Virus record (IMG/VR): IMGVR_UViG_3300017784_005996
Location: 1 to 32,889 of that record
Origin: a virus
Taxonomy: Duplodnaviria > Caudoviricetes
Direction: 5' to 3' (one strand)
DNA length: 32,889 bases
How positions within the stretch are numbered: the first letter of the stretch is position 1; each line of letters starts with the position of its first letter. Made by a program: the position numbers and the translations under genes. Under the pieces are notes generated by a model. The model was not told the DNA's origin. It was given only the letters and a program-made list of their open reading frames with translations, and did no database searches. This document shows, piece after piece, positions 16,301 to 28,000 of the stretch.

Positions 16301-19300
16301 TGAAAGACGGAAACATGCCAGTTTTTCTGATCCAACATAACCTTCGACAATTTCACCTGACTGGAAAACTCCAGTTATCATTGAAACTTGTAAAAGTTTA
16401 GGAATTATATCAACATCATTTCTACTGTCCAATGAAGAGTAATACTGAGTGTTTGGGTAAAGATTACCTACAGTAAATTCTACATTTCTTGATCTTATTT
16501 TATTGTCATATTTGCTGCTAGAAATTAAATTTGAAATAAATGAATCTTTCCATTCACTTTGGGATTTAATAATTACTTTTCCATCAGTATTAATAGTTCT
16601 TACCCACGCATCTGAAGATGGTCTTAATTTTACATATCCATTGTAATCAGTAAGACCGGATAAATTTATAGATTCTTTTTTAGTTGCAAATAACTGAGAT
16701 ACATCTCCCCACTCCACTTCAGAATAATTGAGTGTTAATAAGTCTCCAGTTTTTTTAATATTTGGATCCAATAAACTTATATTTGCCGAAAAATCTTCCG
16801 ATTCGGAATTAACTGTTTCATTAGGATAAATTTTAGATTTTAGTGAATATATGGAAATATCTGAAGTTAATTCTTCTAATGATGTATTCACAGTACTATT
16901 AGAATCTTGATTGGCAATATCTATAAATTTATTATCTCTAAAATTATCTGCAAAAAATCCAGATTTAAATTTTAATAAACCATCTGCATCAGTAATTTGT
17001 AAAGATTTTGTATCCAATTCTATTAAACTTAGTGATGTTAAATTCTCTAAATTTTTAATTCTATCATCCAATTTCCCAATATCTTTCATAGTATATCGTT
17101 TATTTTCAATCAATGAAATTGAAATATCATCTACATTATAAACATATGCTGGTATTTTAATTGTGGCAATATCCATAGAATCTTGTGAAGATTCTGGTTC
17201 CTTAGGATTTGATGTTGCTATCCCTTTAATTAGTTTAAAATCTCCAGATTTATTCAGGATAAGTTTATCAATTCTGGGCACATAATACGAATAACCAACA
17301 GAAGAACTTTCATTTGGTGCTACAACTAATGGCGGATTAACACCAGATTCTGAAAAGTTCCTACTAGAAAATGCAAAAGGTGATTTTGAAATTGAAGTAA
17401 ATTGTGATACTCTTGGTCTGAGATCAAAAGTATCAGATGCTCTTAACTGATTTTTTAGTAGTGGAATGTCAAATTTAAATCTTTCAGAATCATAACTATT
17501 TGCAGTATATAAATCACCAATATCATTAGATGGAACAATATAGCAATTATAAATTACTAGAAGATTTTTGGATGGGATTCTTCCATTTTTCCTAATTATT
17601 CTGGAATAATCATAGTATTGATCCTTTTGTCCCTTATCCAAATCGTAATTTTCTGTTCTGTCAATATATAAACCAACATCTATGGAGACTAAAGAAGAAG
17701 AAATTTTAGATTCGTCAAATTTTACAGTTTCTCCAGATTGAAATTTATTTTTGTTCAAATACACAAACTCAATTTGTGTTGAGGAACTCCTAGTAACAAT
17801 TTGCCCAACTGCTCCACTAGTGGATCCAATTATTTTTTCTCCCAAGATTGAATTTGTATCTAAATTTAATCCTGAAGAAAATGTAAGTTTATCCAAAATT
17901 GGTGATGATGAATCCAAAGATTCGTATATTGCTATAACTTTATATACGTCTGGAACACTAAGAGATATTTCTTCATCTTCAACTCTAAGACCATAGTATT
18001 GATTTGTTGATAAACCGCTAACATTTTTATTTCTAGTTTCAGCAGTTTTAGATATTTGGATTTTTTGACTTCTTGTAGATAATTTTTTCTTATTTTTAAT
18101 AATATTTTTGGTAACTGTTACATCTATTGTTGCTGATTTTGATGGTGATATACCACTAAATGATATATTTTGACCATTGTTTTCTATTGAAACTTTATCA
18201 TATGACAAAGGTTCAATAGTTCCATCCGAATAAAAAATTGAATACCTTTGAGTATTGAATGGTTCAAATGAACAATTAGCAACTTCAACATCTGATGTTG
18301 TAAGTGAAAGTGTTCCTGATGATGATGTAGATTTGCCAGTTATTTGTTTTTTAAATGTTAATTGTGAATTTGATAAATTAACTTCCGAAATATTTGTATT
18401 GGATAGATTGGAATATAATGAGGATTTTTGGGTATTTTTAATTGATGGAATTCCCAAAGTAAAGGACGTAGTAGTTTCTGAGGTTGGAAGGTCACTAATA
18501 CAAACTCCAGCAACTGTTGTTCCAACTCCAACACATATCATAGATAGACCGTCAGCAGAAACGGAACTAATTCTATTATATGTTTCAGTTGATAATCCTG
18601 CTACTTGATATCTAATAATAGTATCACTCTTGATTCCAATAAAATTATTTCCTGGTGAAGTAGCAGTACTTATTCCACCACTTCTGGCAGTAATGATAAT
18701 TCTATCACTTACTCTAAAATTTGATGGTGTTTTTTTCTCTAAAAATGTATCTGCAGAAAAATCACTCGGTAGTCCCATTGTAGATGAATCTTGATATAAT
18801 GATTTTATATCATCTACAGCATATGCCCTCAAAGATTTTATGGATCTTGATATTGAATTATCACCATTGACTATAATTTGTTCTCCCGAAATAAAAGATC
18901 CGGAAGTTTGGGACAAAGTAATATCATCCCCACTTGGAGATCCAACAACATATCCAGAAGCACCACTATTGGATCCTTTTATGTATGATGTGGGTGGGCA
19001 ATTTTGAGAAGATAAATTTGAATTTAAAGTTAATGTGGTATATGTTTGAACGTCATATAAGTATAAATTCCAATTAGTTTTTTTATTTTCATATGGAGCA
19101 TCACTTACTGAAAAGGAATATACTCTTGCTTCTCCAATTTTTGTTCCAGAAGCACTAGAATTTCCAATTTTTCTTTGATTATATAACTCTACAATATAAT
19201 CATTATTAATTCCAATGACTGGAGCTCCGGAAACATTATTAACTACAATTAAATTTCCCATTTCAAATGGAATAGATGTTGATGCTACAGTTTCAACTTC

Positions 19301-20437
19301 TCTAGTTTTTATAACGTCCAAAACAGTTGCTCCGGATTTTTCAATATCAAATCCACCAACATACGCCTTTCCCGAAGAAACCTTTATAGATAACAAATCT
19401 TCTGACGGTGTGTTTAATTCTTCAGTTTTTTCACTTGCCAAAAATAATCCATTAGAATCCGATAAATTATTTAATGAATCTACAACGTCAATTTCAAATG
19501 GTGCTAAAGAATAATTTCCAGATTCCTCATACGTTCTTTTTGCTAGATAATCCTTTATTAAAGAATAGTCGCTCGTATCTTTTATTTTTTTAACTTGTCC
19601 GTCAGTAATTCTTAAAATTTCAATAAAATTTTCATCATTAAAATTTGTTAAAGATTTTTTAGATAATTTTGTATTTATTTTCAGTCTATCGGAACCTGGA
19701 GCAGCATAATTGGTAAAACCTTTTGCATTATCATATAAAGAAGAATCTTCATAAGAAGTTGTAAGATCTTCAATAATTTCTAAACCAATTCTGTATGATG
19801 GAGTATTGGTATATTGATCTAAAATTAATGTATCTTGGGAAACATTAACAAAAAATCCTCTAATGAAATAAATTCCTGGTGCAATTGAAACTGAGGAAGC
19901 AGTAGATGTTGAATTTGATTCAATTAAAGATGCAATAGTACTTCCTGAAGTTATGGTAGTATTTCCATAACTAAATGTATCTTGAGTTATTAATGTTTCT
20001 CCGTCTATAAACTTAGATGTTTGAAAATTGGAATCTGAACTAAGATATTTTACATAGAGAGTAGTTGTTGATACTGAAGAATCTGTTCTTTTTATTACAT
20101 TCTGAACTATTGCAGAAATTTTTGATGTTTGACCAATTATTTTTTTTCCTATTAAATTTTCAACATAAAATTCAACATCCAATCCTAGATGAAGCAAATT
20201 TATTTTTACTGCATAATAATCTGGATCATAAGTTATATTTCCAGGAACAACTACAGATCCATCTTTAAATATGTTGCTTCCAAAAGATTGAATTTGATTT
20301 TGTAAAATTGTTTGGAGAGTTGTTAATTCACGTGCTTGTACTGGAGTTCCGGGTTTAAAAAGAACCTTATAAAAATTTTTTTCAGCATCAAAATCATCAT
20401 AATATGGAGAAACATTTAAGTTTATTTTTTGTGCCAT
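13382..20437 (-). CDS. vrlC: Large virion structural protein, VrlC-like / DUF4815 (2351 aa)
   Basis: NLNVSPYYDDFD...YKVLFKPGTPVQARELTTLQTILQNQI, APGSDRLK, LAKRTYEESGNY, KRYTMKDIGKLDDRIKNLE, FKSGFFADNF, DPLTQTF, EDLKFRLYKAKF, C-terminal FAIKIVMSGTNEAYPLRFRDIRVVALA; follows gp8. Confidence 0.9.
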   Translation of the reverse strand: MAQKINLNVSPYYDDFDAEKNFYKVLFKPGTPVQARELTTLQTILQNQIQSFGSNIFKDGSVVVPGNITYDPDYYAVKINLLHLGLDVEFYVENLIGKKIIGQTSKISAIVQNVIKRTDSSVSTTTLYVKYLSSDSNFQTSKFIDGETLITQDTFSYGNTTITSGSTIASLIESNSTSTASSVSIAPGIYFIRGFFVNVSQDTLILDQYTNTPSYRIGLEIIEDLTTSYEDSSLYDNAKGFTNYAAPGSDRLKINTKLSKKSLTNFNDENFIEILRITDGQVKKIKDTSDYSLIKDYLAKRTYEESGNYSLAPFEIDVVDSLNNLSDSNGLFLASEKTEELNTPSEDLLSIKVSSGKAYVGGFDIEKSGATVLDVIKTREVETVASTSIPFEMGNLIVVNNVSGAPVIGINNDYIVELYNQRKIGNSSASGTKIGEARVYSFSVSDAPYENKKTNWNLYLYDVQTYTTLTLNSNLSSQNCPPTSYIKGSNSGASGYVVGSPSGDDITLSQTSGSFISGEQIIVNGDNSISRSIKSLRAYAVDDIKSLYQDSSTMGLPSDFSADTFLEKKTPSNFRVSDRIIITARSGGISTATSPGNNFIGIKSDTIIRYQVAGLSTETYNRISSVSADGLSMICVGVGTTVAGVCISDLPTSETTTSFTLGIPSIKNTQKSSLYSNLSNTNISEVNLSNSQLTFKKQITGKSTSSSGTLSLTTSDVEVANCSFEPFNTQRYSIFYSDGTIEPLSYDKVSIENNGQNISFSGISPSKSATIDVTVTKNIIKNKKKLSTRSQKIQISKTAETRNKNVSGLSTNQYYGLRVEDEEISLSVPDVYKVIAIYESLDSSSPILDKLTFSSGLNLDTNSILGEKIIGSTSGAVGQIVTRSSSTQIEFVYLNKNKFQSGETVKFDESKISSSLVSIDVGLYIDRTENYDLDKGQKDQYYDYSRIIRKNGRIPSKNLLVIYNCYIVPSNDIGDLYTANSYDSERFKFDIPLLKNQLRASDTFDLRPRVSQFTSISKSPFAFSSRNFSESGVNPPLVVAPNESSSVGYSYYVPRIDKLILNKSGDFKLIKGIATSNPKEPESSQDSMDIATIKIPAYVYNVDDISISLIENKRYTMKDIGKLDDRIKNLENLTSLSLIELDTKSLQITDADGLLKFKSGFFADNFRDNKFIDIANQDSNSTVNTSLEELTSDISIYSLKSKIYPNETVNSESEDFSANISLLDPNIKKTGDLLTLNYSEVEWGDVSQLFATKKESINLSGLTDYNGYVKLRPSSDAWVRTINTDGKVIIKSQSEWKDSFISNLISSSKYDNKIRSRNVEFTVGNLYPNTQYYSSLDSRNDVDIIPKLLQVSMITGVFQSGEIVEGYVGSEKLACFRLSNTNHKFGRYNLPDEIYSENPYLPSNILNSYSQSSSILNIDTYSLSDNSDGRFYGYVPFEMILVGKTSKAQATVSNQSLISDSVGDLIGCFFIRDPLSNPTPQTTFNVGTKTFRISQTSAFNSTSTVNYCETNFYTNGSPQSYTNNFIIRRPVLSKSFKNITKDPLTQTFRTDNSGGFITSLDLFFAEKDNSEKLTIEIKEVDLGGSPTNNVVQDFSRVQISPSKIIISADGETPTNIKLPSPLYLEPNKQYAISLNSPSSQNYKVWIAESNKPTVATQNYPNALQVTYSNQYVGGNLYKPQNGTTPISSPFEDLKFRLYKAKFSSKSGTAYFMNPDLSGSGTGDDYDFNIQKLTNNPITMYPRKLIVGILTSTNLSTILTVGTKVAEGAKYGYIEKVGGNISGISTSNVGTGYSSGAYTSVPLYTITGYGSSATANITFASNGTVSVVSIANTGNGYSAGDLLGITTSSVSKGRGATISVSSINTIDTLRLTNVKGQTFTTGNSIGYYDGNTLVALSGTTVRGTSSIVNDLYSGDIIKVNQYNHGMHSSGNVVTISGVFPDTVPEKLTVAIVPSSLTIGVANTATFTTFEGSVGVNTGYVLIDNEIISYDSVGSGVLNISTNGRGINGSITRNHSINDLVYKYELNGMSLARINTTHEISNNSSLLTSLKDIDNYYLKLFDGSNTINFNEEKTSGSSNCKATQNFQYNSIIPQFNTLSPQNTSINVSLRSITGTSAGGSEISFSDNGYESVALNSNNELNSPRMICSKINETTNLTFMPRSKSLILNISMDTTDENVSPIIDVTESGTFILSRNRINNPISDYVSDSRSNNLIGDPHSSVYVSNKINLLQPATSLKVITNSCRNSSSDFRVLYRLFKSDSSEIEQSYQLFPGYNNLKDLNGDGIGDIVIDKSLNNGSSDIFVSSDENNNFSEYQFSADNLEEFNGFAIKIVMSGTNEAYPLRFRDIRVVALA

Positions 20438-20441
20438 TTTT

Positions 20442-21998
20442 TTAGAATTCTAGTACGATTTTAATATCTTCCTTTTGCCTTGGATTTCTAGTTACAAGAG
20501 GACGATTATCAAGATATACAATTTCTCCTGATGCTTTATTTATTTCAGGAAGAGATATGCCATTTGTAAAAGTTGAATCCAATCTAATTGTTTTTGTTGG
20601 AGAAATTGATGTCGTAATTCCACTAAAATTTTGAATAGTTGCCGTAAAATTATTGGATGATGTAATAGTATCTCCAGCAATTGAAAATTCTATTTTAACT
20701 GATTCTGACCCAACAGATTTACTATCTATCTGATTATAGTAAGTTTTATTGTAAAATAAAGATCTATCTGTAAAATATTTTAAAACTTTTGTTTCATCGT
20801 CGTATGATGCAATATATCCAATTGCCGTACCAACTCCAGATATTGTTTGATAGATTGTAGTTCCTGGAATTGCACTTGTTGAATTTGTTACTGCATTAGT
20901 TAATTTTAATCCAATTACACTCGAAAATGTATTTTCGGTAAATATTGAACTTGAAGACCCAACAATTGTTGGATTTTTTATAATTCCAATTTGTGAAAAT
21001 TTAGTATCTATGGGAAAATCTTTTGTCGAATCATCAAATCTTGCGTAAATTAAACATTTATCGGACCCAAGTTCTGTGTAAATATCATACCCATGTCCAA
21101 GAGATGGTGGAATGATTGGTATTAAATGTGCAAAAGAAGTTGCTCCTTGATTTATAGTAGATAAATTTACTCTACCATAAGTGTATCCCCTACCACCACT
21201 AGAAACTACAACATCATTTATTTTTCCACCAACAACATCAACTATTACTCTACCATCTTCACCATCACCAATTATATCCAATTGACTATCTGTTACGTTA
21301 TATCCATTTCCAGAACTTTGAATAAAAACTTTTTTAATTTGATTGTAATTTACTGAAGAATCTGCAGAATCTCTAATTGCAACTATTTCTGAATTATCAC
21401 TAGTTTCCCAATTATTTGGTATGGGGATGTACTCTATAGAATCAAATTTAATGATGTCACTGGGATTTACTGTAAATAAATATTTCCAAACATAACCATC
21501 ATTACTTTCTCCGGCTCTTGATGGTTCCAAATCGACAAACTTTGGTTCATCTTGTGATGGTCTTCCCAAAGGATAAACTGGAGACGATCCATTGTCGATA
21601 CAAATATAAACTCTATAATCACTATTAATAACATAATATTCTGCATCATATAACCTATACGAACTTGTTCTTTGGGATGGATTTGATACACTATAGTCAT
21701 GTCTGTATAATTCATAAACGGTATTGGCAGTCCAATCAACCCTTCTAATCAATCTTCTAATATTATTTGGTGTAATTTTTCTACCAAAAATAATAGTATC
21801 CTTTACATGATTTAAATAATCAAGACTATCTATTGGTGGTGGTGTATTAGAATCCCATGTTTGAGTTCTACCAAATCCAACAATATCCGGATTGGGGAGA
21901 CTTAGAAATACATAATAGGAATTGTTTGGATCTTGAACAGAATCCACAAAATTTTTAGAATTTAGTACTCTAAATTGGTCGGTAACAATCGCAGACAT
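20442..21998 (-). CDS. gp8: Baseplate wedge subunit (T4 gp8-like)
   Basis: MSAIVTDQFRVLN, RRVDW...YRHDY, YYVINSDYRVYICIDNG, DGYVWKYLFTV, IIKFDSIEYIPIP, SGEIVYLDNRPLVTRNPRQKEDIKIVLEF. Confidence 0.95.
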   Translation of the reverse strand: MSAIVTDQFRVLNSKNFVDSVQDPNNSYYVFLSLPNPDIVGFGRTQTWDSNTPPPIDSLDYLNHVKDTIIFGRKITPNNIRRLIRRVDWTANTVYELYRHDYSVSNPSQRTSSYRLYDAEYYVINSDYRVYICIDNGSSPVYPLGRPSQDEPKFVDLEPSRAGESNDGYVWKYLFTVNPSDIIKFDSIEYIPIPNNWETSDNSEIVAIRDSADSSVNYNQIKKVFIQSSGNGYNVTDSQLDIIGDGEDGRVIVDVVGGKINDVVVSSGGRGYTYGRVNLSTINQGATSFAHLIPIIPPSLGHGYDIYTELGSDKCLIYARFDDSTKDFPIDTKFSQIGIIKNPTIVGSSSSIFTENTFSSVIGLKLTNAVTNSTSAIPGTTIYQTISGVGTAIGYIASYDDETKVLKYFTDRSLFYNKTYYNQIDSKSVGSESVKIEFSIAGDTITSSNNFTATIQNFSGITTSISPTKTIRLDSTFTNGISLPEINKASGEIVYLDNRPLVTRNPRQKEDIKIVLEF

Positions 21999-22016
21999 TA
22001 TTATCTCTTTTTTTTA

Positions 22017-22024
22017 TATTTATA
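22017..22024 (-). promoter_or_regulatory. Late promoter box (TATAAATA) upstream of gp8
   Basis: Exact consensus in the gp7-gp8 gap, about 19 nt upstream of the gp8 ATG, followed by an A-rich leader. Confidence 0.8.
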
Positions 22025-22030
22025 TTATAC

Positions 22031-25000
22031 TTAATTAATATCTTTTACAATAGCACCAGTATTTCTCAATCCATAATTCCTTCTTTGTATAGTTGGATAT
22101 GATGTAAGACCAGAATTTGTATTATAACTACTAAGATTTATTGATAATGGTGAAGATGATAATCTGGCAAATGAACTTAATCTTCCCCAAGAAAATCTAC
22201 CGCAAATTTGAGAACCAAAAGTGCTACCTATACCAACGCAATCCGTTTTTGAATGTATATTGCAGGTGATAATTCCCACCAAATTATTTAAATAAACTGA
22301 ATGTACATAATAGATATTATCTACAAATGTGGTCCCAACACCAACAACAACATTATCAAGTTTATCAATAGAAGTTGTGCCTTTACCAACTTTAGAATCA
22401 AAAACTAATATTGGATATTGACTATCACTAAGTAAATCAGATACTGATCCTGCATCATTCTGGTCATATTTAACATAAAATTGAATTGCAAGATCCGTTC
22501 CTATTCCTGCAGATGTGGTAATTCCAGTTATTATTCCAGAAAATCCTTGAACAAAAGTAATATTACTAATTAATTCTTTGCTAGGACTCGGAGTTGGTGC
22601 AATAACCTCAGGTACATTTGAAGATGTATATCCATATCCAGAACTTACTATATTGATTGGTGTGGTTATTGTTCCTGCGGTTGAAATTGGTGCATAAATG
22701 ATGGCATCACTGCCACCCAAACCAACAATAGATCTCAATTTAAGTTGAACACTACTTCCTGCTCCGACATAATTATAACCACTTCCACCATTATTGATTG
22801 TTAATGATGAAATTGTAGTTCCTCCGACAGAAACATTTGTGGTTATATCTGCAAATGTTGGTTCATTACCCAAAATAACCAAAGCATCAAATTTATTAAT
22901 TGATTCTCCACCAGAATTCTCCTCATAATTAAAAAATTGTGCATTATCTAGAAAAATATCTGTACTAGAAGAATCTATTGATTTAATAATTTTTGCAGTA
23001 GGAAATATTAAAGACTCTAAAGAATCTCTTTCCTTATATTGAATAACATCATTAATGATTAAATCAGTTTTTTGCTTAGTCCAAGATATTGGTTTGAAAT
23101 TAATTTCATCAATACCTTCCTCAAGGTATATACCCGTTTCGAGAATATCAGAAGATGCAATATATGATGCTATTCTAGGACTTTGAGAAATTGTCGTTAT
23201 AATTTCTGGATTTCTTTTAATTTGTACAGTATCTCCAGGTTTGATTGTTGGAATTATATCAGTTTCTTTACTGTCAACTCCTGCAGTACCTCTATAGAAG
23301 AAAATTGCAATATTATCTTCATATCTTGGTGCTTCAGTAAATATGAATGAAGTTCCCCCATTAAATTGATATGAAATACTTGGTTCTTGCATAACACCAT
23401 TTATATAAATTAGCAATAGTGTATTATAGTCAATCTTTTGAGACTCATTATTGCCAATATTTTTTTCAAAACTTAGTAATTCTCCATTTTTAAACAAAGG
23501 AAATCTTTTTCTAACAGAATTTTGCAAATCTTTAGTACTGTCAATAAAATCAAATTCTCCAAGTTGCCAAGATGCAAAACTGTCACTTTTTACATCATCA
23601 ACAGTAAAAATTAATTTTTCTATTGGTGAAGCAAGTCTAGAATCTGTTACTAGTCCAACTAGTGAAAAAGTATCTCCCAATTGAAATCCATAACCCGGTT
23701 TTTTAATTTCAAATGATTTTATTGCAAAATAACTTGTTCCAATTCCGACGTTTTTAAAATTTGGACCGATATCTAATGTTATTGATAATCCAACTCCCAA
23801 TGTATTTGGATTATTTACACCAATTCTACTTATAGGTTGAATTGATAAATTTTCATAAGATGGGTCGGATATTGAAACCAGAGGACTTACATATCCTGTT
23901 CCACCATTATTAATATTGAATGAAGTAATAGATCCTCCAGCACCAATAGTTGCAGAAAGTATTGCCTGAGTTCCAGTGTGATTTGAATCCGTAATTCCGA
24001 TTGAAATTGTAGATTTATTATATCCAGAACCATATATTGGACCGATATCAAATCCAAACGAAGTTGAGATTGAACTTGCATTTGTTGATGATTTGTTTAA
24101 AAAGACTGTACCAATTCCAATAGAGGATACTCTAGTATCAAATGGTAGTATTTTAGTAATATTTGGAATAATATCTCCAGACCTTTGTGTAGATAATATG
24201 TCAGTAATTTTTTGATTGACACGAACACTGAGAGTTGCAATTCCAGTTATTCTATCAGATGTTACTCCAATAGTTCCAGTTGTTGCTATACCAACAATTA
24301 TTGAAGATGTAAATCCAATATAAGAAATTGATCCTCCAGCACCGATCCTGACATCCAGCATTGTTGATGAAACTCCAACCAAAGGTGCGTATCCAATTCC
24401 TCCAGTTGATGCTAGGGAAACTATTAATCCTCCTCTTGGAACTAAATTTTGATTTACATCATTTTCAACAATTAAAATTGTATTTGGGTTTTCTAGAAGT
24501 CCTTTTGTGGAAGTAAATGATACACTAGATATTCCAGAATTTAAAATCTCATAATTATTTCCATCATTATTTACAGTATCAGGTGTTTGGAATATATCAT
24601 TGATAAAAACTAAATTATTTCCACCTACTGCATTTGAAACTGTATTTCCTTCTTTATATAAGGTAAATGTTCTTGCTATTCCAGTAAAATTGTTGGAAAT
24701 ATCATCATATATTTGATTATTTGTATAATCTTTTCTCAAATAAATCCTACCATTAAATGTTGATTTTGGTGAAAGTAAATAAGTACTTAAAAGACGATCA
24801 TTATTTGCCTTACCATCTGGAGCATCTGCAAACCAAATTTCATTACCAACAATATTATAAGATCCTTTATAAATTCTGAAATTTGATCCATCATAATGAT
24901 TGGATTCTGTTGATCCAAATTTACCACGTTCAATTTGAATTATAGGAATTGTCCCAATCCCAGTAATTGGACCAGTAGTAGTCGTACCAAACCCAACATT

Positions 25001-28000
25001 TGAAATGGTCATGTATTCATCTTCTACTTTAATAATGTCAGATGACATTATTGAAGATATTCCAGACAATCCAATAAATGATGCTCCAATACTTACCAAA
25101 TTTCCAATATTTCCTGTTAATATCCCCACCAAAGGTGTATAAGTTAATGGATATTGATTTACCCCATTAACTGTAATTAATGACTTTTCATTTTTTTTCT
25201 TCATTTCAAGTCTATGATAATTTCCAGATCCTATTGAAGTAAATGTAAATCCAATTCCACTTGGTCCAGAAACTCCTTTCAGTTTAAAATTATTTTCATC
25301 TATTTTTATAGCATAAACTTTAGATGGACATATATCTGTTAAAATTCCAACAGTATAAATCTCCCTAAATGTAGATGCCACAGAAACATTGGACAATGTT
25401 AGTGAAGATTTGAGTGTATTTGTATAATAAATTCTATTTGACCCCCCAGCAGCAATTGGTGCTGATGCTGTGATTGAATTTATTCCAATATTATAAATTG
25501 TTCCTAAAGAGTTGTTATTTCCGGAAAAGATTCCTGCCCCAACAGTTAATATTGAAGTATTTGCAATTCCCGTAATAACAGATGATCCGGAAGAAACATT
25601 TCCAATAAAATATGAATAAGTTTGACCAATACTTACAATAGTAGTATTGTTTGTAATACTTTTTCCGGAAATTTGATTTCCTACCACAATACCATCAATG
25701 TTGCTTATACCAGTTATTGTGGAAAACCCAATAATAAAGTCACCTTCAATAGAATTTCCACCAACAATAGTAGTACCAATTCCCACGGAAGATGCGGCAA
25801 TTCCAATTAAGGTTGAATCTGGAGTGTATATTAATTCCTCATTATTTTGGAAAAAATGATTATTGATTGTAAATATTCCAGTTGCTTTATTTAATGTACT
25901 CAAACTTGTTGGATTAAATGTTTTTTGAAAAATTGGAATTCTATCATAATTTAAATCAAAATTTAATCTATCTTTACCAAAATTGTTTATGGACCCATAT
26001 TTATTAATTGAAAATTTTTCTTTAGATGTTCCATAAAGTAATTCATCTGGAATATTAAACTCATCAAGAGATGAATATATGAATTGATCAAAACTTTGAA
26101 CTAATATTTGACTGTTTTGAAACTGACTGTCTGGATGAAATTTTACCGAAACATTTAGACCTTGAACTTCAGTTGAAAATGTACCAATTCCTGAAGTAGA
26201 CCCTATAGATATAAATGGATAATGTTGAATATTATTTGATACTTGATTTGCTATAACAGAAACTTGGTGCAATGCAACCGTTGATCCAATACCAACTCTT
26301 ATTAAGGACTTTAATGAGGATTCGACAGAACTGTCAAAAGTTTTAATTGTTGTTATTCCTGTTATAACTTTATAATCCGATTCCAATCTTGTTGTTTGTT
26401 CAGTTCCTGGAATTTGATCATCAACCAAATATCTATAAGTGCCAATTCCACCAGCAGTAGTTCCAAATCCAACAGTTTTTGTTTTTACTACAATATTGTT
26501 ATTTTTATTACTAAAAAAGGATAAATTTAATATGCCACCAGAAACATTTAGTCCAAAAGTTCCAATATAACTTCCAGATAATCCACTAATTGATTGTTCA
26601 GAATCAAAATAAAATTCGGCTATATTAGGAGTTACTCCATCATGATAACCTATTACTTCATAATAATTTAGTTTATTATTATCAGTATCAATAATTAAAG
26701 AACTGGAAAAAATTGTATTAAATTGGTTTAATAGACCCCTAAACATTGTAGTTGAAATTCCAACTCCTGGGACCAACTTTTCCGTTTTTCCACTCAATCT
26801 AACAAATCCATAATCGGTGAATCCCACTCCAACATTTTTTGTGCCAGGATCAAATGACTCTCTATATATTTTTAATTCATATCCTTTATTATATGGGTCC
26901 GATGGATTGAATCTTAAAACAGGATCTCCAACTGGACCAATTTCTCCACTAAATGATCCAAGACTTTCATTATTATATAAATCCAATTTATTCATCGTAT
27001 ATGTTGTATTATAATCATTTATTACAATAATTTCACTAAGTTGATAACTTTCTTGTTCAGTGTCACAAACTTGGACTAAAAATTTAGAATAAAAATCAGT
27101 TAGTGGATATTCATAACCATCCAAAAATGTATCCTTATTAAATTCCGAACTGGAGAAAGAATTACTAATATCATCTACTTGAAGAACCCTATTACTTAAA
27201 CATTCAATAAAATCGGAAAGTTTTTTATTCTTAAATTTTATCAGTGTTGAAGAATCGCCAACTGTATTATAATCAAAAACTAGATCGAAATTATCAATTG
27301 TATCAATCCTCTTTTCTTGTACAAAGTCCAATGTTGTTAGCAAAGTTTCACTAGATCCTATGGAACTTCTTGCAGAAGAAGTAATTCCAACATCAGCAAA
27401 ATTTTTAGTACCGATAGGGTGAACGAGATTATTTACATAATCTACAAAATTTATATATTCTATTGGACTTTGGACAGAGTATGCTAATGTTTGATAATAA
27501 TCATTATCTGCTGTGACTTGAAGGTCAGTATTTAATTTTCCAATATCAGTTTTCCACCCAAGTTCTTTTTTGTTTGTAGAATCTATTGTATACCTTACAT
27601 TATCATAATTAAATACTCTAGAAATTTTTGCAATTGCACCGGATGATACACCCCGAATAATATCGTAATTTTTGAGACTATTATTGGGATTAAAAATATT
27701 TAATGAATTATTTGAAGATTTTTTAACTAAAGCATTTGATACGTTACCATTTATAATTATATTTTCATTATCAACAAAATTATCTATTATTTGAGTTAGT
27801 TGGAATATAGGGTAATTTTTGATGTTTGTAATTGCAGTAAATTGTGATGGAGAAAATGCTGAAAATTCAGCGGGAATTTTTCCTGGAGTCAAAGTATATT
27901 CACTGATATCATATTTTAAAATTGCTGGGTCTGTATTAATAAATTCAACAACTTTGAAGAAATTATATCCATGATCAATGGAATTAAATCCATCTCCAGG

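Noticed and set aside
19672-19679. Intragenic ATAAATA-type boxes (example inside VrlC)
   Set aside because: Expected by chance in AT-rich DNA and not positioned before a start codon.
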